Shown one piece after another: positions 19,509 through 32,550 of a DNA stretch of 64,000 bases. The DNA comes from Macrostomum lignano (lineage: Eukaryota): assembly GCA_002269645.1 (NCBI GenBank), contig NIVC01001884.1, positions 1 to 64,000 of the forward strand, in the 5' to 3' direction. Position 1 is the stretch's first letter. The number at the start of each line of letters is the position of its first letter. A program made the translations under genes and the position numbers. The notes under the pieces are model-generated. The model made no database searches. It saw only the letters and a list, made by a program, of their open reading frames with translations, and was not told where the DNA came from.

Positions 19509-22500
19509 TTTAAATCTTGGGATTGCGGGAGACTCAGAATGTCGATCAGAGACGCCATAAAGTAAAAGGGCAAACACTAAGAGCTGGGCTTAGGCACATT
19601 AGATAAAAACTGTAGTGGAATGAGATTGATAAATTATATTCCACACCTCATTGATGGTGACAGCGGGGCCTATAAAACCATGCAAGCGTGCGGTGATGGG
19701 GGGTGGGGTAGAAAAAGAAAGGAAGGAAGGCTTGCCGCTTGAGGAAGGGAGCACAGGCTATGTGCATACCCATACCCATTGGCCACTTGTAAATTCTTTA
19801 TTCTTATACATGTACTACATTGATCTCTAGGGTGTGAATAGCAACTGTGCCCTCTCGTCGCTCCAGCTTGAAGCATTAGCTCCCAAGACTCAGAAAAGCC
19901 AAAGTCCAAAACCACAACACTTGTTTAAAATTCTAAAAGGGCACATGCTAAAAGGTGGGGGGCTCCATATACAAGAGTTCTGGAAAATATTGTAGGTTGT
20001 TTTAAAAACTTGACTTATACGGGTGGTCTGTGGTTAAAACAAAAGTACTGTTCAAAAATTAAAGCGGATATTCAGAGAATATATAAATTAATTTCATTAG
20101 TTATAAATATAGTATTTCAAAATAATTACTAGGCTATTTTTAAAAAGATTAACGCTGTGCAAAAAAATTGAATGATAGAAAGCTAACAAATTCCGCGCGG
20201 AGCCGACCGACCGGACCAAAGTCTAATTATTAAATCTGGCTCGTTCTCGATCGAGCTGTTAGTGTTAATGGTGTTAAGTGTGGCTGATCACAAATCTTGT
20301 GCATCAGAGTTGATTCCTTTGTACATTGTTCGTGTGATTTGGTGGCTCATTTGATGTCAGTGTAAATAAGCCTTAAATGGCTGGCTGTGTTGTGTTAATT
20401 AATTTGTTTGTTATCTTAATTTTTTATCTATATATATTTTATAGGGCCACCTAGGCGGCTAGGCCCAGGCCGAGCTAGCCTTTGGACAGCTGTCATGACT
20501 GTTAACTGTCTATAAAGAATTTATTACTTATATCAGTAATCAGCAGTGATGGGCAGCGCTAAATTTATTTTTAGTGCTGCTAATTAGCGCTGTTGCTAAC
20601 TGATAGAAGAAAAAATTAGCAACCGCTAATACTATAGTGGGCGCTATTTTTACATTGAATTTAGCACAATTAGTGCCACTAATTTTGAAATGCACTAATT
20701 AATAAATACATTTGATAAACTGCCATTTCACACATTTATATCATATGTTTTTGCATATTTTTAACTGGCATTCCTTCAGTTTACGATCATTGAAATTAGG
20801 CCTAGTGACAATCCCCATTGGAGAGATAAGGAAGATACACAATTGTTGTTTATTTCATCAAAATGCAAAGAAACAATAGTCAAGCACTCCAATCCTTTTT
20901 ATTTATCCATCATAACAGGAACACTAGCTGTATGTTCAAATGAAAAAAGAAGGTAAAGGGGTTTATAGTGATCCATTTCACAGTTCCAAGAATCCAAAGA
21001 TGATCCTATATATCCAGTTTGGTTTACGATCATTTAAATGGAAGAGATACATGTAAATTATTGACATTGTGAACCAAAGCTAGCATATGTGTGTAACAGC
21101 CAACAGGGTTTTGGTGTTTTACAAGCTCTATCAGAAATCGGTTCTATCTCTATACAACTAGGCCTATAGAACAAGCTCTATCAGACCCTACATTTATATA
21201 TATGCCCATACATGCACAACAGTTGGCTGAGTTGGCCAACTGACCAATTTGGCAGCCAACCAAGGAAGTCGCAAAAATACCCACCCAAAAAATTACCCAA
21301 GTAGTAGTACTAAGTAGCTGATGAGGCATTTTGGCTTAATAAGACAGTAATAGTTACTCCTGCCATTTACCCAAAGTTGCGTCAATTTTGCTTTAGGGTT
21401 TTTTACATGTGATGAACTAAGGTGGCAGCTTACAAAGGGTGTCATTCACTTGTGCATTTGCTCCTTGCACTATTTTAGAAGCAAGTAAGGCACCAAATAG
21501 CCAGATAAGCATACTTAAAATCAAACATTAAAATAAAAAAACATGTTTTTAGAATTTCATCACAGTAATTTTAAAAACACTGGCAACAGATTATATGTTG
21601 TCAATAGTTCTTAAAATATGTATGACATTCATGTTTTACTTTGCTTTGATTGATTGTAAAATTCTGAAAAGGCACGTGGTCCTTCAATGTATATTTTTAT
21701 GCTAATGACTGTATAACCCAAGCCACTTGGTCAACTCCTCTGCTTTATTGGCTTTGGAAAAGACAGTTTTGCCATTGGATCAAATGACTCAGTGTGAGGT
21801 TCAGCTTCTAGGCAATCAGCCTCAGCTTGGTGCTTAGCCTCAGCTTGATGCTCAGCTTCAGCTTGATGCTCAGCTTCAGCTCAAGGCTCAAGGCTCAAGG
21901 CAAATACTTTCACATGCTCAGCTTCAGCTCAAGACTCTGCCTCTAGCCAATCAGCCTCAGCTCGACACTCTGCCTCCAGGCAATCAGCCTCAGCTTAATG
22001 TTTAGTTGCTTCTAGATTTAGGTAAGGAACATCAGCTAATAGCTGACCCAAGAAGCTATCAGATTTGATTGAATGCTATGCATTCGCCATTAATATATTT
22101 TAGTCCTTGTCGCTGGTGGCCATCAACTCTAAATCAAGATATGAGTCAAAGTCACTACTTATACTTTCACAAGTCTAACAATGTGAACTAGTACATCAAA
22201 TAAAGCTAAGCCATTGTTTCCCAAAACTTAAAGATATGGTAGCAGGGAAAACTAAGATAATGGAATGTCAAGCACTTGTATGAGTTCTTGCTTATAGACA
22301 ACAGTCCTTCATAAGAAAATGCAATGTTGTCTTGCAGATAAACTGATAAAAAGAATGAGTGTTGCTTCTGAATGTAAGCAAATACATTAGGTGTAACTTA
22401 ACTTGCATAGGAGGAAAGAGCCTTTAGTAGATTTATAATGGAGCAATTGAAACTATCAAATAAAGTATGCCTGTTCTCTTTGGTCATTGAATCTAAAAGT

Positions 22501-24189
22501 AAAAATCAATTAGCAATGAACTTTCTTATCTCAGAATTTAAAAATGTTTTTATTTAGGCCTAGCACAGAGATCCTGAACCTGCAGCCCGCGGGGCCTTTT
22601 TTGTGCAGCCCGTGGCAATTTCTAGTAGTTTGCATTACATGTGGCTAGCCAAGTCTATTACTAGATTTTACTGCAGCCCTCAAAATGTTGCCTCCAACTC
22701 ATTTGGATTGCTATTTTAGCACTCCTAGTGCACAAATGTATATGCAGTCAAGAGTTGAAGTGAAAAATAGGAAGGAATACTAGCTAATATCAATAAGGTT
22801 CAAGGCAAAGGAGGTGGGGGTTAGGGGGTTAAAAGGGTTGGGGGTAGGGAGAGATGGGAAGAGCATGTAGCCTATATATCCCAAGTTAGTTGTCAATGTG
22901 GCTTGCCGCCAGGGGTCCAAGGCTGGGGACCCCTGGCCTAGCACTTAGGCAAATAGATTATATCAAATAGAATTAAAAAATCCTACCAAAGGGTTTAAAA
23001 GCCCTAGTCATAATCAAAACTTATAATATATATACCTAAAAACAATGGATAATAACCTAGGCATAGTTTAAATCATATTGAATATATATTAGAATGCCCC
23101 AAACTAAATTTACAAATATATTTTGACACTAAGCAGATGTATACCAATGCTAAGCATGTCTATGAAATTTAATATACATTGTTTCCTAGGGGTGACAACA
23201 GTGGTCCTAGCAAGTAGGTCACTGATTTTTTACACCATTCTATTTTTTGCGCTTAGCTCAATGCGGTACACTGTGACAAAAATGTCAGCAAAAATACAAA
23301 CTGTGTTGATGTTTGATGCAACTACAACTACCTGATAGTCAATTTTAGTCTACCACTTATATTGTTTTTAGAAATGATTCCAGCAACCAAGGATTACAAA
23401 CAAAATATCTGTAGCATTTTAGTTTTCTTATTTTATTCTAGTTTATAAATAACAATAAAATTTAAAGGATTACAAAAAACAGCAGGAAGTTAGACAAGAC
23501 CTACTACTAACTTAGCAATAAAACAGAATTAATGTCCAGCCAGTACATGAAATTCAACTTTAATAGCCTACATAGCACAAGACTAAATAATGTAACATTT
23601 TAAGATTGAAAAGAATTAAGTACATAATATGAGTATATTATTTGCATTTCATTTTAAGTAAGTGAAGTAAGTAACAAATAGAATTTAGTAATATAAACTT
23701 TAGATTGCATTCGGTCTAGATCTAGGCAAAGGCTACTTAGCAACAAGTACTACCTTTGCTGAATATTTAAGAAAAAAAGATACAAGAAACTATTTTCGTC
23801 TATAAACTAACAATACATGTAACTTTCAGTCATAGCTGATAACACATCATCAGTACCTTTCTGCTCCTGTTGAATTTATAGACTGTAGCCCATCTTCAGA
23901 ATATGAGATCTAGGTTTGAACAGAGCAATGTGATTTAAGCCATGTTGCAGACAGTTGGCATCATTAAAGAACAGTTCTGCGTGATAATAGATTCATTATA
24001 AATATAGCCAAATAGGTTAAATGTACATGTCGGTGATTCACTATCATTGAAGGCTAATTACTAATGCTTTGGGATTTTAGGCAGCAATTGTACTGGCACT
24101 GTGCCTGCAGCTTCTAAGCTGGCCAGTGCTAGTTCAGATGCCTTTCGCTTGATCACATTTTTGGTCACATGCTCCACTTCTTTCAATCT

Positions 24190-25540
24190 GAGCTACTGAA
24201 TTTTGTGAAGCTCCTTTCTTACTATCTCAATTTCATGCTGCCACTTCTCTTTGGCTCTCTGAACATTTAATAGCAATTGGTGGGTGATCTCCTTCTCCTT
24301 AAGCTTAGCCTCTAACTCCTTTTCTTTTTTGACAATTTTCTCCTGAAAACTTGAAATGACCTTGCTGGCCTGCTTCTCGGCTTGAACTTTGAGAGTGAGC
24401 AATTTGGCTAGCTCTTTGAATGCCATGCCTCCTTAGCAGCTGCCTTGTCATTGAGTCTTTGGCAGTATTATGCGTAGGTGCTATTGCATAAGTTTAGCAG
24501 ACCAGTTATGACTGGTAGAGTAGCAGCAGTCCATTGCTTGAGTTGAAGGCAGGAACGTGTTACAATAAATGCCCTGATTGTTTTGGGTTTTAAAACTGAG
24601 CATTTCTTTGTGACTGTGTCATTCAATGTGCTAAATATGCTTAACCTCCACATTTTTATGAGGAAGGATCAAAATTGCTCGGACAAGTCGGATTAGCAAA
24701 GGATGCTTCTTACCCAGTCAATTCAAAAGTGCCAATAGGGCAAAGAAAAGCAAGCTTTTTGATTCCCTCAAAGTCAGAAATGAGCATTTCAAATTGCCTT
24801 GATCCACATCCCCCAAAAACTCAAAGAAACAGTAAACTTCTCTAACTAGGTTTTCAGTCTCAATACCAAGCTCAAGCAGCACAAGCATGCTTCAAAATGT
24901 TAGTGATGTGATGAAGGGAACAACTGCCAAGGTCAACAATGTTGGAGAAACCTGCATCTGTCTTAAGCCAGACTTCAACACCATTCTTCAATCTACGCAT
25001 TGCATTGCAGTTATTGCTCATAGCAGACAGACAGTTTGCCTTCACCAGGTCTGTGGAATTAATTGCCTTTGAAATTGTCATCGTAAACTGCTCCACCATA
25101 GTTGATTGCAGCTGCAATAGGTCAAGGCAAACAACCTTGACATTGAATGAATTCTTTTTGAAGATACCAAGCAATGATGCCAAGAAATTTCTTTCCTTTG
25201 TTTACCTCATCAACTTGCAGAGAAAAAAAACTGGCTTCACAAATCTCAGTGAGCACAAATTCTCTGATGTATGAAAATAGTGCATCGATCAAAAAGTAGG
25301 TAATTTTAGTGGTACCCAGTTGTATTTGACTTGGAATTTTCGAGTCAGGGCACATCACATGCAAATCATCCACAAAGTTGTCCTCAGAGAGAAAACTATA
25401 CAACTTTAGCACAATTCTGTCAACATAGCAAATCTCCAAACTTCTGGCTGCACTTCCAAGAATAGCTCCAGCTCCTGAAGGTCCTTCAGAGTCACGTGGC
25501 AGAACCTGTATAGGAAAGGGCATGCAATTCATCTGAGCTA
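24190..25540 (-). pseudogene. Degenerate hAT-like DDE transposase
   Basis: MCPDSKIPSQIQLGTTKITY...FFSLQVDE (first catalytic D), then SAMSNNCNAM...DLGSCSLHH (CxxH motif), followed by a coiled-coil C-terminal segment; split by frameshifts. Confidence 0.7.
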
Positions 25541-28364
25541 CAGAAATTCGCTTGGCTTTTCAGAGTCATTATGCCACTGTTGTAAAAAAAATCCATCTTG
25601 CACCATTTGCAGTTGACCTTTTTTATTTTGCATTTGCATCTCTTTCATATCAAATAGCCCATAGGAAGATTTTGTCCCCATTTTTGTTTGTCTCATTCAG
25701 CCAATTGTCACTCCATGTAACATTTTTAGCTTTTTTCATAGATATCATTGATGGGCTTCTTGATAGCTGAAAAAAGCAGTTAAAAAAGTAAAGCATATGC
25801 TACACTTAAACATTTCAGTGACTTTTCTAACATGTAGCTTTGAGCTCTATAATATTGAAACTGGTATCTAAACTTTCACTACAAGTACTTACAGCACCCA
25901 TAATGGAAACTGCATGCCACTGTCAAATTGCAAAGTTAAAATAATTCTTATCTCAATGCTATTTGACTATATAAAATAGGCTTGAAATACAACAGAACAA
26001 AAATAAGGCACAAAAGATTTCTTGTAACAGAAAAAGTAAAAGCTTGATCTAAAGACATCTGCAAGTGTATTTTTAGTTAGACACATAAACACAATTGATC
26101 TTGCATTGCCAAGAAAAGCTAGAAGCATGAACTTTTGAAAATTTTGGGCCACTCAGTGGCAAAAAATTTGCGCCATATAGTGGCAAAAAATTTGCGCCAT
26201 TGCTATAAAATTTGCGCATTCGTGCCTCATTTGTGCCAGGCACAAATTCGTGGCCCACTAGGACCACTGGGTGACAACATCTATTTCAGCTTAAAATAGA
26301 GCTAGATAGTATGATTAGACTGCTTCCCTTGTTGTTGCTAAGAATTTATTATCTATAAAAGATTGGTTATTATTATTGTTACTGATTTTAAAGCAAAAAG
26401 ATGCATCTTGATTAGAATTATCACAATTGAGCACAAAGTCTAGTGAGTGCATAAGCCCTTTTCAGCTTGTTTGTACATATAAGTATTGGCATAAAACAAT
26501 AAACAAATGATAGGCTTGACAAGTGTGCTACAAAAGATCCTTTTTATCATATGTTCTTTTAAAAAAAGAACAAGGTGAACAAATAAATTCAAACTCAAAC
26601 TGACATTGTTATAATCACATTTTTAGATAAACAAAAAAGAATAGAGTTGAAGAATATTATATAAAGTACTAACACAAAAAGCAACAGATAAAGCATAGCT
26701 ACTGAAAATAGATATATTAATAGATATAGACATATTTTAATATATTAATTAATTAAATAATATTTGAATATATATATATAATTAATTGTCACATTTTAAC
26801 TTTCTTTTGTAAAAGAACAATAATGAAGATATAAAAATCATTAGCAATCATGTGTGCCATGCAATACATTGGTATACTATGATATGCCTAGTATATAGCA
26901 ATTGTGCATATTGACAATTATATATTTTTCATTTGCATGCCATGCATATTGAGGTTTTACAATATATGCCAGAAAATTCAGGCATATAATACATTTTCCA
27001 GAGTATAGTTAATACTTTTATATTGATTTATTCTAAGCTTCATTCATATTAGCCTAATCCATAGTCAAAAAGATGTCAAGGCTTATACCAAAATTTTCTA
27101 TAGCATTTTTGTTTTCTTGGGCCATATGCCAAAAATGTTTTGGACTATCAGTTTTTGCTGTGTGTTTGATGATATAATAAAAAAGAAAATTGATTACACC
27201 TGCTTTAATGAGTAGATTATAACCAACAGCTCTGCTACAGCTATTTTGAAGGCTATTTTGTACTTTAATAGTGCTGTAGCTATTTTGTACTTATACTTTA
27301 TTTAAGCCCAGAAATAAAGTATAATATAGTTTTTCTACTAGTTCTTATTTCAACCTAGTTCCTCAAATAAACTAAAGTAAGTATACTTTTTGCATACTAA
27401 TGTATATGAACCAACACAAATACAAACCAAGCATATAGCCAGGGTGTCTATGGAGATTTTATTATGTTTGAAAATTGAGAATATTTTAGTATATAACACA
27501 GGCTTTATATTTAGTCTTTGCAGATCCAATGCTGTTATAAAGTTCAATCTCATTGGAATAGAATTAAAAAACATTCCATGAGAAGCAAGTTTATAAATAT
27601 ATATCCAATAAAATACTCTGATTGAAAAATGGACTTGATAACTTATTAGAAATGCATGGTGACCTAAGAATGAAATTAAAAAATGAGTGATTTTTTCAAA
27701 TTGACCAAATTTTTTTTTCAATATGAATGTATTGAATCATTGTTCCAGTTTTTTTATAAACTCGATGGGTTCAACAAGATTTTATTGATATACACTAATG
27801 CACTAAAATAATTTTTTGGTTGATTAGGTTCAAATAAGCAAAATTTAACTATTTAAGTTTCACTGTATAATCCAATGTGCATGTCAAGAGGCAGAGAAGT
27901 CCAGTAACAATGTCAATTAGTTGGAGTGGTGAGTGCTCTCACTCAGAAGACCCTCAGCATATGGTCTACATCACAGTGTTGCATTTGAGTATTGAAACTG
28001 GGTTTGTGTTTTTATGTACATCAATTTGAATTTCGTCCTTATAAGTAAGTCCAGTATGCGCCTATTAGCATACTAATTTTATTAGATGCCTATCTACAAA
28101 AATACCTCTAATTCAAATTGGGGCCAGACTAGAATGTCAATGGCTTGCTCAACAGTTTCGTTTGGTTTCAAGCTTCAGTTTGGCAATCTATACTGCAGAT
28201 GATGAAATTCTGATGATGGACCACTCCCATAATTAATGTCACTACCTTCATTCAAGCATCTGTTAAGAGTTTTTGCTAAAAAAGTTTTGATTGGCTTCAC
28301 TAGTTGCAATATTTAGAAATAATAATTTTATGTATTGTTTAAAAAAACCTGCTTCACTGCAGCA

Positions 28365-28643
28365 ATGGCCAAGCGCACAAAGAAGGTCGGCATTGTTGGC
28401 AAGTACGCCACCCGCTACGGCGCCTCCCTGCGTAAGACTGTGAAAAAGATTGAAATCCAGCAGCATAGCAAGTACACCTGCTCGTTCTGCGGCAAAGACG
28501 CCCTGCGCCGTCAGGCTGTTGGAATCTGGCACTGCCGCGGCTGCCGCAAAACCCTCGCCGGCGGGGCCTACGTCTGCTCCACCACCGCCGCTGTCACCAC
28601 CAGGGCTGCAATCAGGCGTCTTCGCGAGCTCACCGAGGGTTGA
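28365..28643 (+). CDS. RPL37A: 60S ribosomal protein L37a (eL43), intronless CDS, 92 aa
   Basis: [24 protein letters not shown]...CSFCGK...GIWHCRGC...AGGAY; C4 zinc ribbon intact. An AG acceptor lies 2 nt before the ATG. Confidence 0.97.
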   Translation: MAKRTKKVGIVGKYATRYGASLRKTVKKIEIQQHSKYTCSFCGKDALRRQAVGIWHCRGCRKTLAGGAYVCSTTAAVTTRAAIRRLRELTEG

Positions 28644-29205
28644 AGAATCTTCTGGCTGACTTCAAAGGAACAAGATTGGATCATTGTATCTGAAATGATT
28701 GATTGCAAGCTAGTTGGCTGAGTAAAAGTGGAACCCTCTGCGTTGCTAGTTGCGCTCAAGTTGCAACCAAGTTTTGCCTGGAAACCGTGTGACTTTTTCT
28801 TTTTATTTCATCTTTTTTTCTATAGTCAAATTGAAGAATAAGCAGTTGCAAAAAGGCTGTGTATTTTCAAAAAAGTGTAGCGAATATTACGAGAATAAGC
28901 CGTAGCTTGCGATTTAGTTTTTACAGAAAATACGTATTATTGACATTTTCCATTTCTTTTAAAACTTTTTTGGAAGAATAAAAATAAAAAAACTTCTGTC
29001 GACACTCGAATTCACAAGTAACTTTAACTAGATGGCTCACGCAGGAGCTTGCAAGCCTAATTCAGTTAAGTAGAAAGCTAAATAAGGTATTTTATTGTAT
29101 TTTAGAAGACCCGTTAATATATCCGAACCCCCCCCCCCCGCCGCGCGTTTCCGCACAAAATCTGCCCCGCCCCAATTTTTTATTGCCATTCTTTGCTCCA
29201 GCCTA

Positions 29206-30051
29206 AACTAAACTAAACTAAATAAGTAATTCCGGCGCCTCAGCCATTGAAATAGGCTCTTACGCCACTAGATATATAAGATTCCTGATAGGGAGTGTAC
29301 TAATGTACACTAAAAGCCAAGTTAGACTATAGAGGACTGTACAGGGCAGTATCAAAAAAACCAAACCTCCCCGGGGGACAGTGACAGCGGTTCGACGAAC
29401 CAGTCAGGAAGCCCGTGCCCAAAAACCAGGTTAGATAGACCCAAGCCTATTAGGGATGGCCCGAAGGCCTAGAGCCGTGGCAACCATGCTGGGGCCGACC
29501 GCCCACCACCCCCGGGTACAAATCATAAACCTCCCCGAGGCTAGAGGGAGAAGAGAGAACCATTCAGGGGAGCCCGTGCCTTCTCCTGGGTTAGATAGGC
29601 CAAAACACCGGTCATAAGACCGCCCCCACGGCCGTGGCCACCCGAAGGAGCCTCCCCTCCCAACTAAACCCCGGGTACTCTTGCCAGACAGTCTCTTATC
29701 TTTGAAGCGGCAGGAGGGCTATTCGCCGGGACTATTTCACCCTTTGCTTCGCCAACCCGCCATTTTTATAATGACCGTGCCAACGGTCTCGTCCTGCTCA
29801 GACTCAGTCCTGGTTCTGGCACACTCCAGCTTTAATAGGGTCGCTGGCTGTACGCTCAGAGGGCGCCTGAGGGATACCGTCAGAGCACCTTGGTACAGGT
29901 ATAGGCCTGCCTTCCTATACAGCTACCCACAGCCCTTCCCGATCCACTATTACCCTCCAACCCAGCCTACTCACTCATTACAAGCTTTCAGCCAGGCAGA
30001 GACAAGTTTCACAGGAGTGACTGCGGTTAGGCGTCTCTATGCGAGACAAAA
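29206..30051 (-). mobile_element. About 850-bp non-autonomous retroposon, copy 1
   Basis: Highly similar to 60601-61460. Minus-strand 3' end ...ATTACTTATT(TAGTT)n; flanked by CCAGCCTA at 29198-29205 and 30052-30059; no ORF. Confidence 0.8.
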
Positions 30052-30060
30052 CCAGCCTAG

Positions 30061-30470
30061 AGCTGCTATGTACATTATATAGACTAGTTTATTGGCTCTC
30101 TCACCCTCCCTCAGCTGCGCTTTCCGGCCGCGCATTTCCGCACAAAATCTCTACCCCCCCATTTTTATTGCCTTTCTTGGCTCCAGCCTAAAGCTGCTAT
30201 GTACATTATATAGACTAGTTTATTAACTCTCTCACCCTCCCTCAGCTGCGCTTTCCGGCCGCACATTTCCGCACAAAATCTCTACCCCCACCCCCCATTT
30301 TTATTGCCATTCTTTGCTCCAGCGTAAAGCTGCTGTGTACATTATATAGACTAGTTTATTGGCTCTCTCACCCTCCCTCAGCTGCGCTTTCCGGCCGCGC
30401 ATTTCTGCACAAAATCTCTACCCCCACCCCCATTTTTATTGCCTTCTTCGGTGCTCCAGTCTAAAGCTCC
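30061..30470. repeat. About 131-137 bp tandem satellite (3 copies, plus a partial copy at 29140-29205)
   Basis: Unit AGCTGCTATGTACATTATATAGACTAG...TTTCCGCACAAAATCT...CTCCAGCCTAA starts at 30061, 30192 and 30328. Confidence 0.9.
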
Positions 30471-30969
30471 CCTGCCGTGTACATGTCAGTAGCTCTGGCC
30501 ATGTACATTATGACTGCACCAATAGCGAGTTGTTTACGTCTGCAAGTCACACCAGCCGCCTTTCTTTTTATGAAATAGCTTACGCATTCTTCCTTGCTAC
30601 TGAACTGAAAGTAGAGAAACTGTTGCTTGAGTGGTCCTAGAGTTTATTGTAGCTTTGGGGTCGAAACTAGATAGCAGCTCATAACAATTTTATTCAATTT
30701 AAACATGGGAGTGGGCTTTTTAGCTATATGTGTTAGTACATGGGCGTTAATTACTTCTGTAATATAGATTAAGCTCAGGTACTGGGCTATCTGCTGTTTG
30801 TAGTTTAAAAAATAGCTGTGATTGTAGGACAACAAGGGTTTGGGGAAGAGTTGGTACTCCAGATTCTACCTGTAATTGCCACAGAAGTCCCCTATTTTAT
30901 AATCATTTGTTGCATAACGTTAACGTCATCTGACCTGGATTTCACTTCATGTCTCAAAGCACTAACTAG

Positions 30970-32550
30970 ATGATGTCGCAGCCATGGTACGCTCAGTATC
31001 CCATGCCGCCCGGCTGGGAGATGAAGTACGATTTCACCAATAAGCGCTACTTCTACATTGACCACACCAACAAGGTTACTAGTTGGGACGACCCGCGCCA
31101 GAAATACTACGCTGCCGGCGCGGCCCCTTCTGCTGGCGCCGCCGGTTCATCGACATCTGGAGCCCGATTGTCGCCTCGACCGGTGTCGCCAAGGCCGGTG
31201 CAGCAGCAGCAACAGCAGCAACAGCAGCTGCTGTACCAACAGCAACAGCAGCAGCAGCGTCAGATGCAGCAACAACAGCAGCAGCATCAGCAGCAGCACA
31301 GACAGCAGCAGCGCAGTCGTCGCGAAAGCAGCAGCAGCGAAGATCGGAACAGTTTCACCGCCGAAGTGACCAGCGATGATTATGAGATTACTAGGCTGCA
31401 GCTCAGATTTCCCAATGAGGACGTGGCCAAACTGCGCCAGGCCTTGGCCGCCTGTCACAGCAGCGTGGACGCCGCCACCAAGTGGCTCAACGATGCCAAG
31501 GCCGCCGAGGAGGCCAAAAAGCACGAGGCGCAACTGCTAGTTAAGGCAAAAAATATACATTTTGAGTTTCCAACTTGCAGTCTGGACGTTATTAAGGATC
31601 TGCTAAACCAGTCAAATAGCTCTGTACCCAAAGTGAAAGCTCAGCTGGCTAGTATGGGCTACAGCTCCGGGACTGGAGCCTCGAGCTCGCGGCCGCAGCA
31701 GCCACCAGCCGCTTCGTCGTCATCGAATTCGAGCCACCCACCGCCGAAGGCTGCGCAGCATCACCAGCCTAAGAAGTCCATGCAGATTCAGCACGGCAAC
31801 GAAGAAGAGGAACTCGCCACCAAAATTGAATGCTTGTACGAAGCTTTCCCCAGCGTGAGCAAGGCTCAAATCAAGCGCACTTTGCTGTCCTGCCAGTCGC
31901 GAATGTACGAAACTCGGCAGGAACTAAAAAATCTCGTCTCCAACTCGGCCGCGACAGGTAGCGCCGAAGTTGGCGCCGGAAGCGGCTCCAGCGCTCCTGT
32001 TGGCGATGGCGCCCACGCCTCCAAAGCCTCGGCTGCTGCTTCCGCCGCCGTCGTGGCTAAAGATGCCGAGGAACGCCAGCGGAAGGCTCGCCAATCCGTC
32101 GAGGCGAAGGCGGAGACCCGCCGAGAGACTTTGGTGGACCAGATGATGGCTGAGTTCCCCGGCGTTGCCAGCGTCAGCGGCGTCACTGAGCTGCTTCAAC
32201 GGTACTCTGACGATGCCGACAAAGTGCGTGCCGCTCTTGCCGCCGAGGCCGCCACTCCGGCTGTCTCAGCCGCTGCTGCACCGGCGGCCTCCGCTGCTGA
32301 AGCTTCCACCAGCTCGTCTGCTTCAGCAGCTGCTTCTAAAAAGTACAAGAAGACATCAAAGCAGACGGCTAAGCCGGGAACGGTCGCGGCTGTAGCCGGC
32401 AGCTGCAGCAGCAACCGGGCTGGCCCGGACCCGGCCATGCGCCAGGGCCCCGACCCGGAGCTGCTAAGCGGCCCGGACCCGCAACTGCGACTAGGACCCG
32501 CTGCCAGTCTGGCTAGGGGACCTGACCCCACCCTGCTGCTGGCGCACTAA
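30970..32550 (+). CDS. WW-domain protein with polyQ, four CUE/UBA-like repeats and C-terminal GPDP repeats (526 aa)
   Basis: WW: PPGWEMKYDFTNKRYFYIDHTNKVTSWDDP. Four helical repeats centred on FP (LRFPN, FEFPT, EAFPS, AEFPG), each followed by an amphipathic helix. Single long GC-rich ORF; acceptor-like CTAACTAG sits directly before the ATG. Confidence 0.85.
   Translation: MMSQPWYAQYPMPPGWEMKYDFTNKRYFYIDHTNKVTSWDDPRQKYYAAGAAPSAGAAGSSTSGARLSPRPVSPRPVQQQQQQQQQLLYQQQQQQQRQMQQQQQQHQQQHRQQQRSRRESSSSEDRNSFTAEVTSDDYEITRLQLRFPNEDVAKLRQALAACHSSVDAATKWLNDAKAAEEAKKHEAQLLVKAKNIHFEFPTCSLDVIKDLLNQSNSSVPKVKAQLASMGYSSGTGASSSRPQQPPAASSSSNSSHPPPKAAQHHQPKKSMQIQHGNEEEELATKIECLYEAFPSVSKAQIKRTLLSCQSRMYETRQELKNLVSNSAATGSAEVGAGSGSSAPVGDGAHASKASAAASAAVVAKDAEERQRKARQSVEAKAETRRETLVDQMMAEFPGVASVSGVTELLQRYSDDADKVRAALAAEAATPAVSAAAAPAASAAEASTSSSASAAASKKYKKTSKQTAKPGTVAAVAGSCSSNRAGPDPAMRQGPDPELLSGPDPQLRLGPAASLARGPDPTLLLAH

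Noticed and set aside
15411-19577. Numerous overlapping ORFs on both strands within the LINE
   Set aside because: They are by-products of high GC content and frameshifted fragments of the single LINE ORF.
21815-22000. 18-bp CTCAGCTTCAGCTTGATG-type repeat reading AEAEHQ on the minus strand
   Set aside because: It is short, with no supporting ORF or splice context; treated as low-complexity decay.
20500-22700. hAT-like terminal motifs (CAGTGATGGG, CAGAGATCCTGAACCTGCAGCCCGCGG) and a CYTH fragment
   Set aside because: No partner TIRs or TSDs were found, so no element could be delimited.
28195-28270. C/D-box snoRNA upstream of RPL37A (ATGATGA ... CTGA)
   Set aside because: The only CTGA lies about 5 nt after the C box; there is no D box at a plausible distance and no terminal stem.
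29206-30051. Hammerhead ribozyme (Penelope-like pLTR)
   Set aside because: No CTGANGA...GAAA core found on the element's sense strand.
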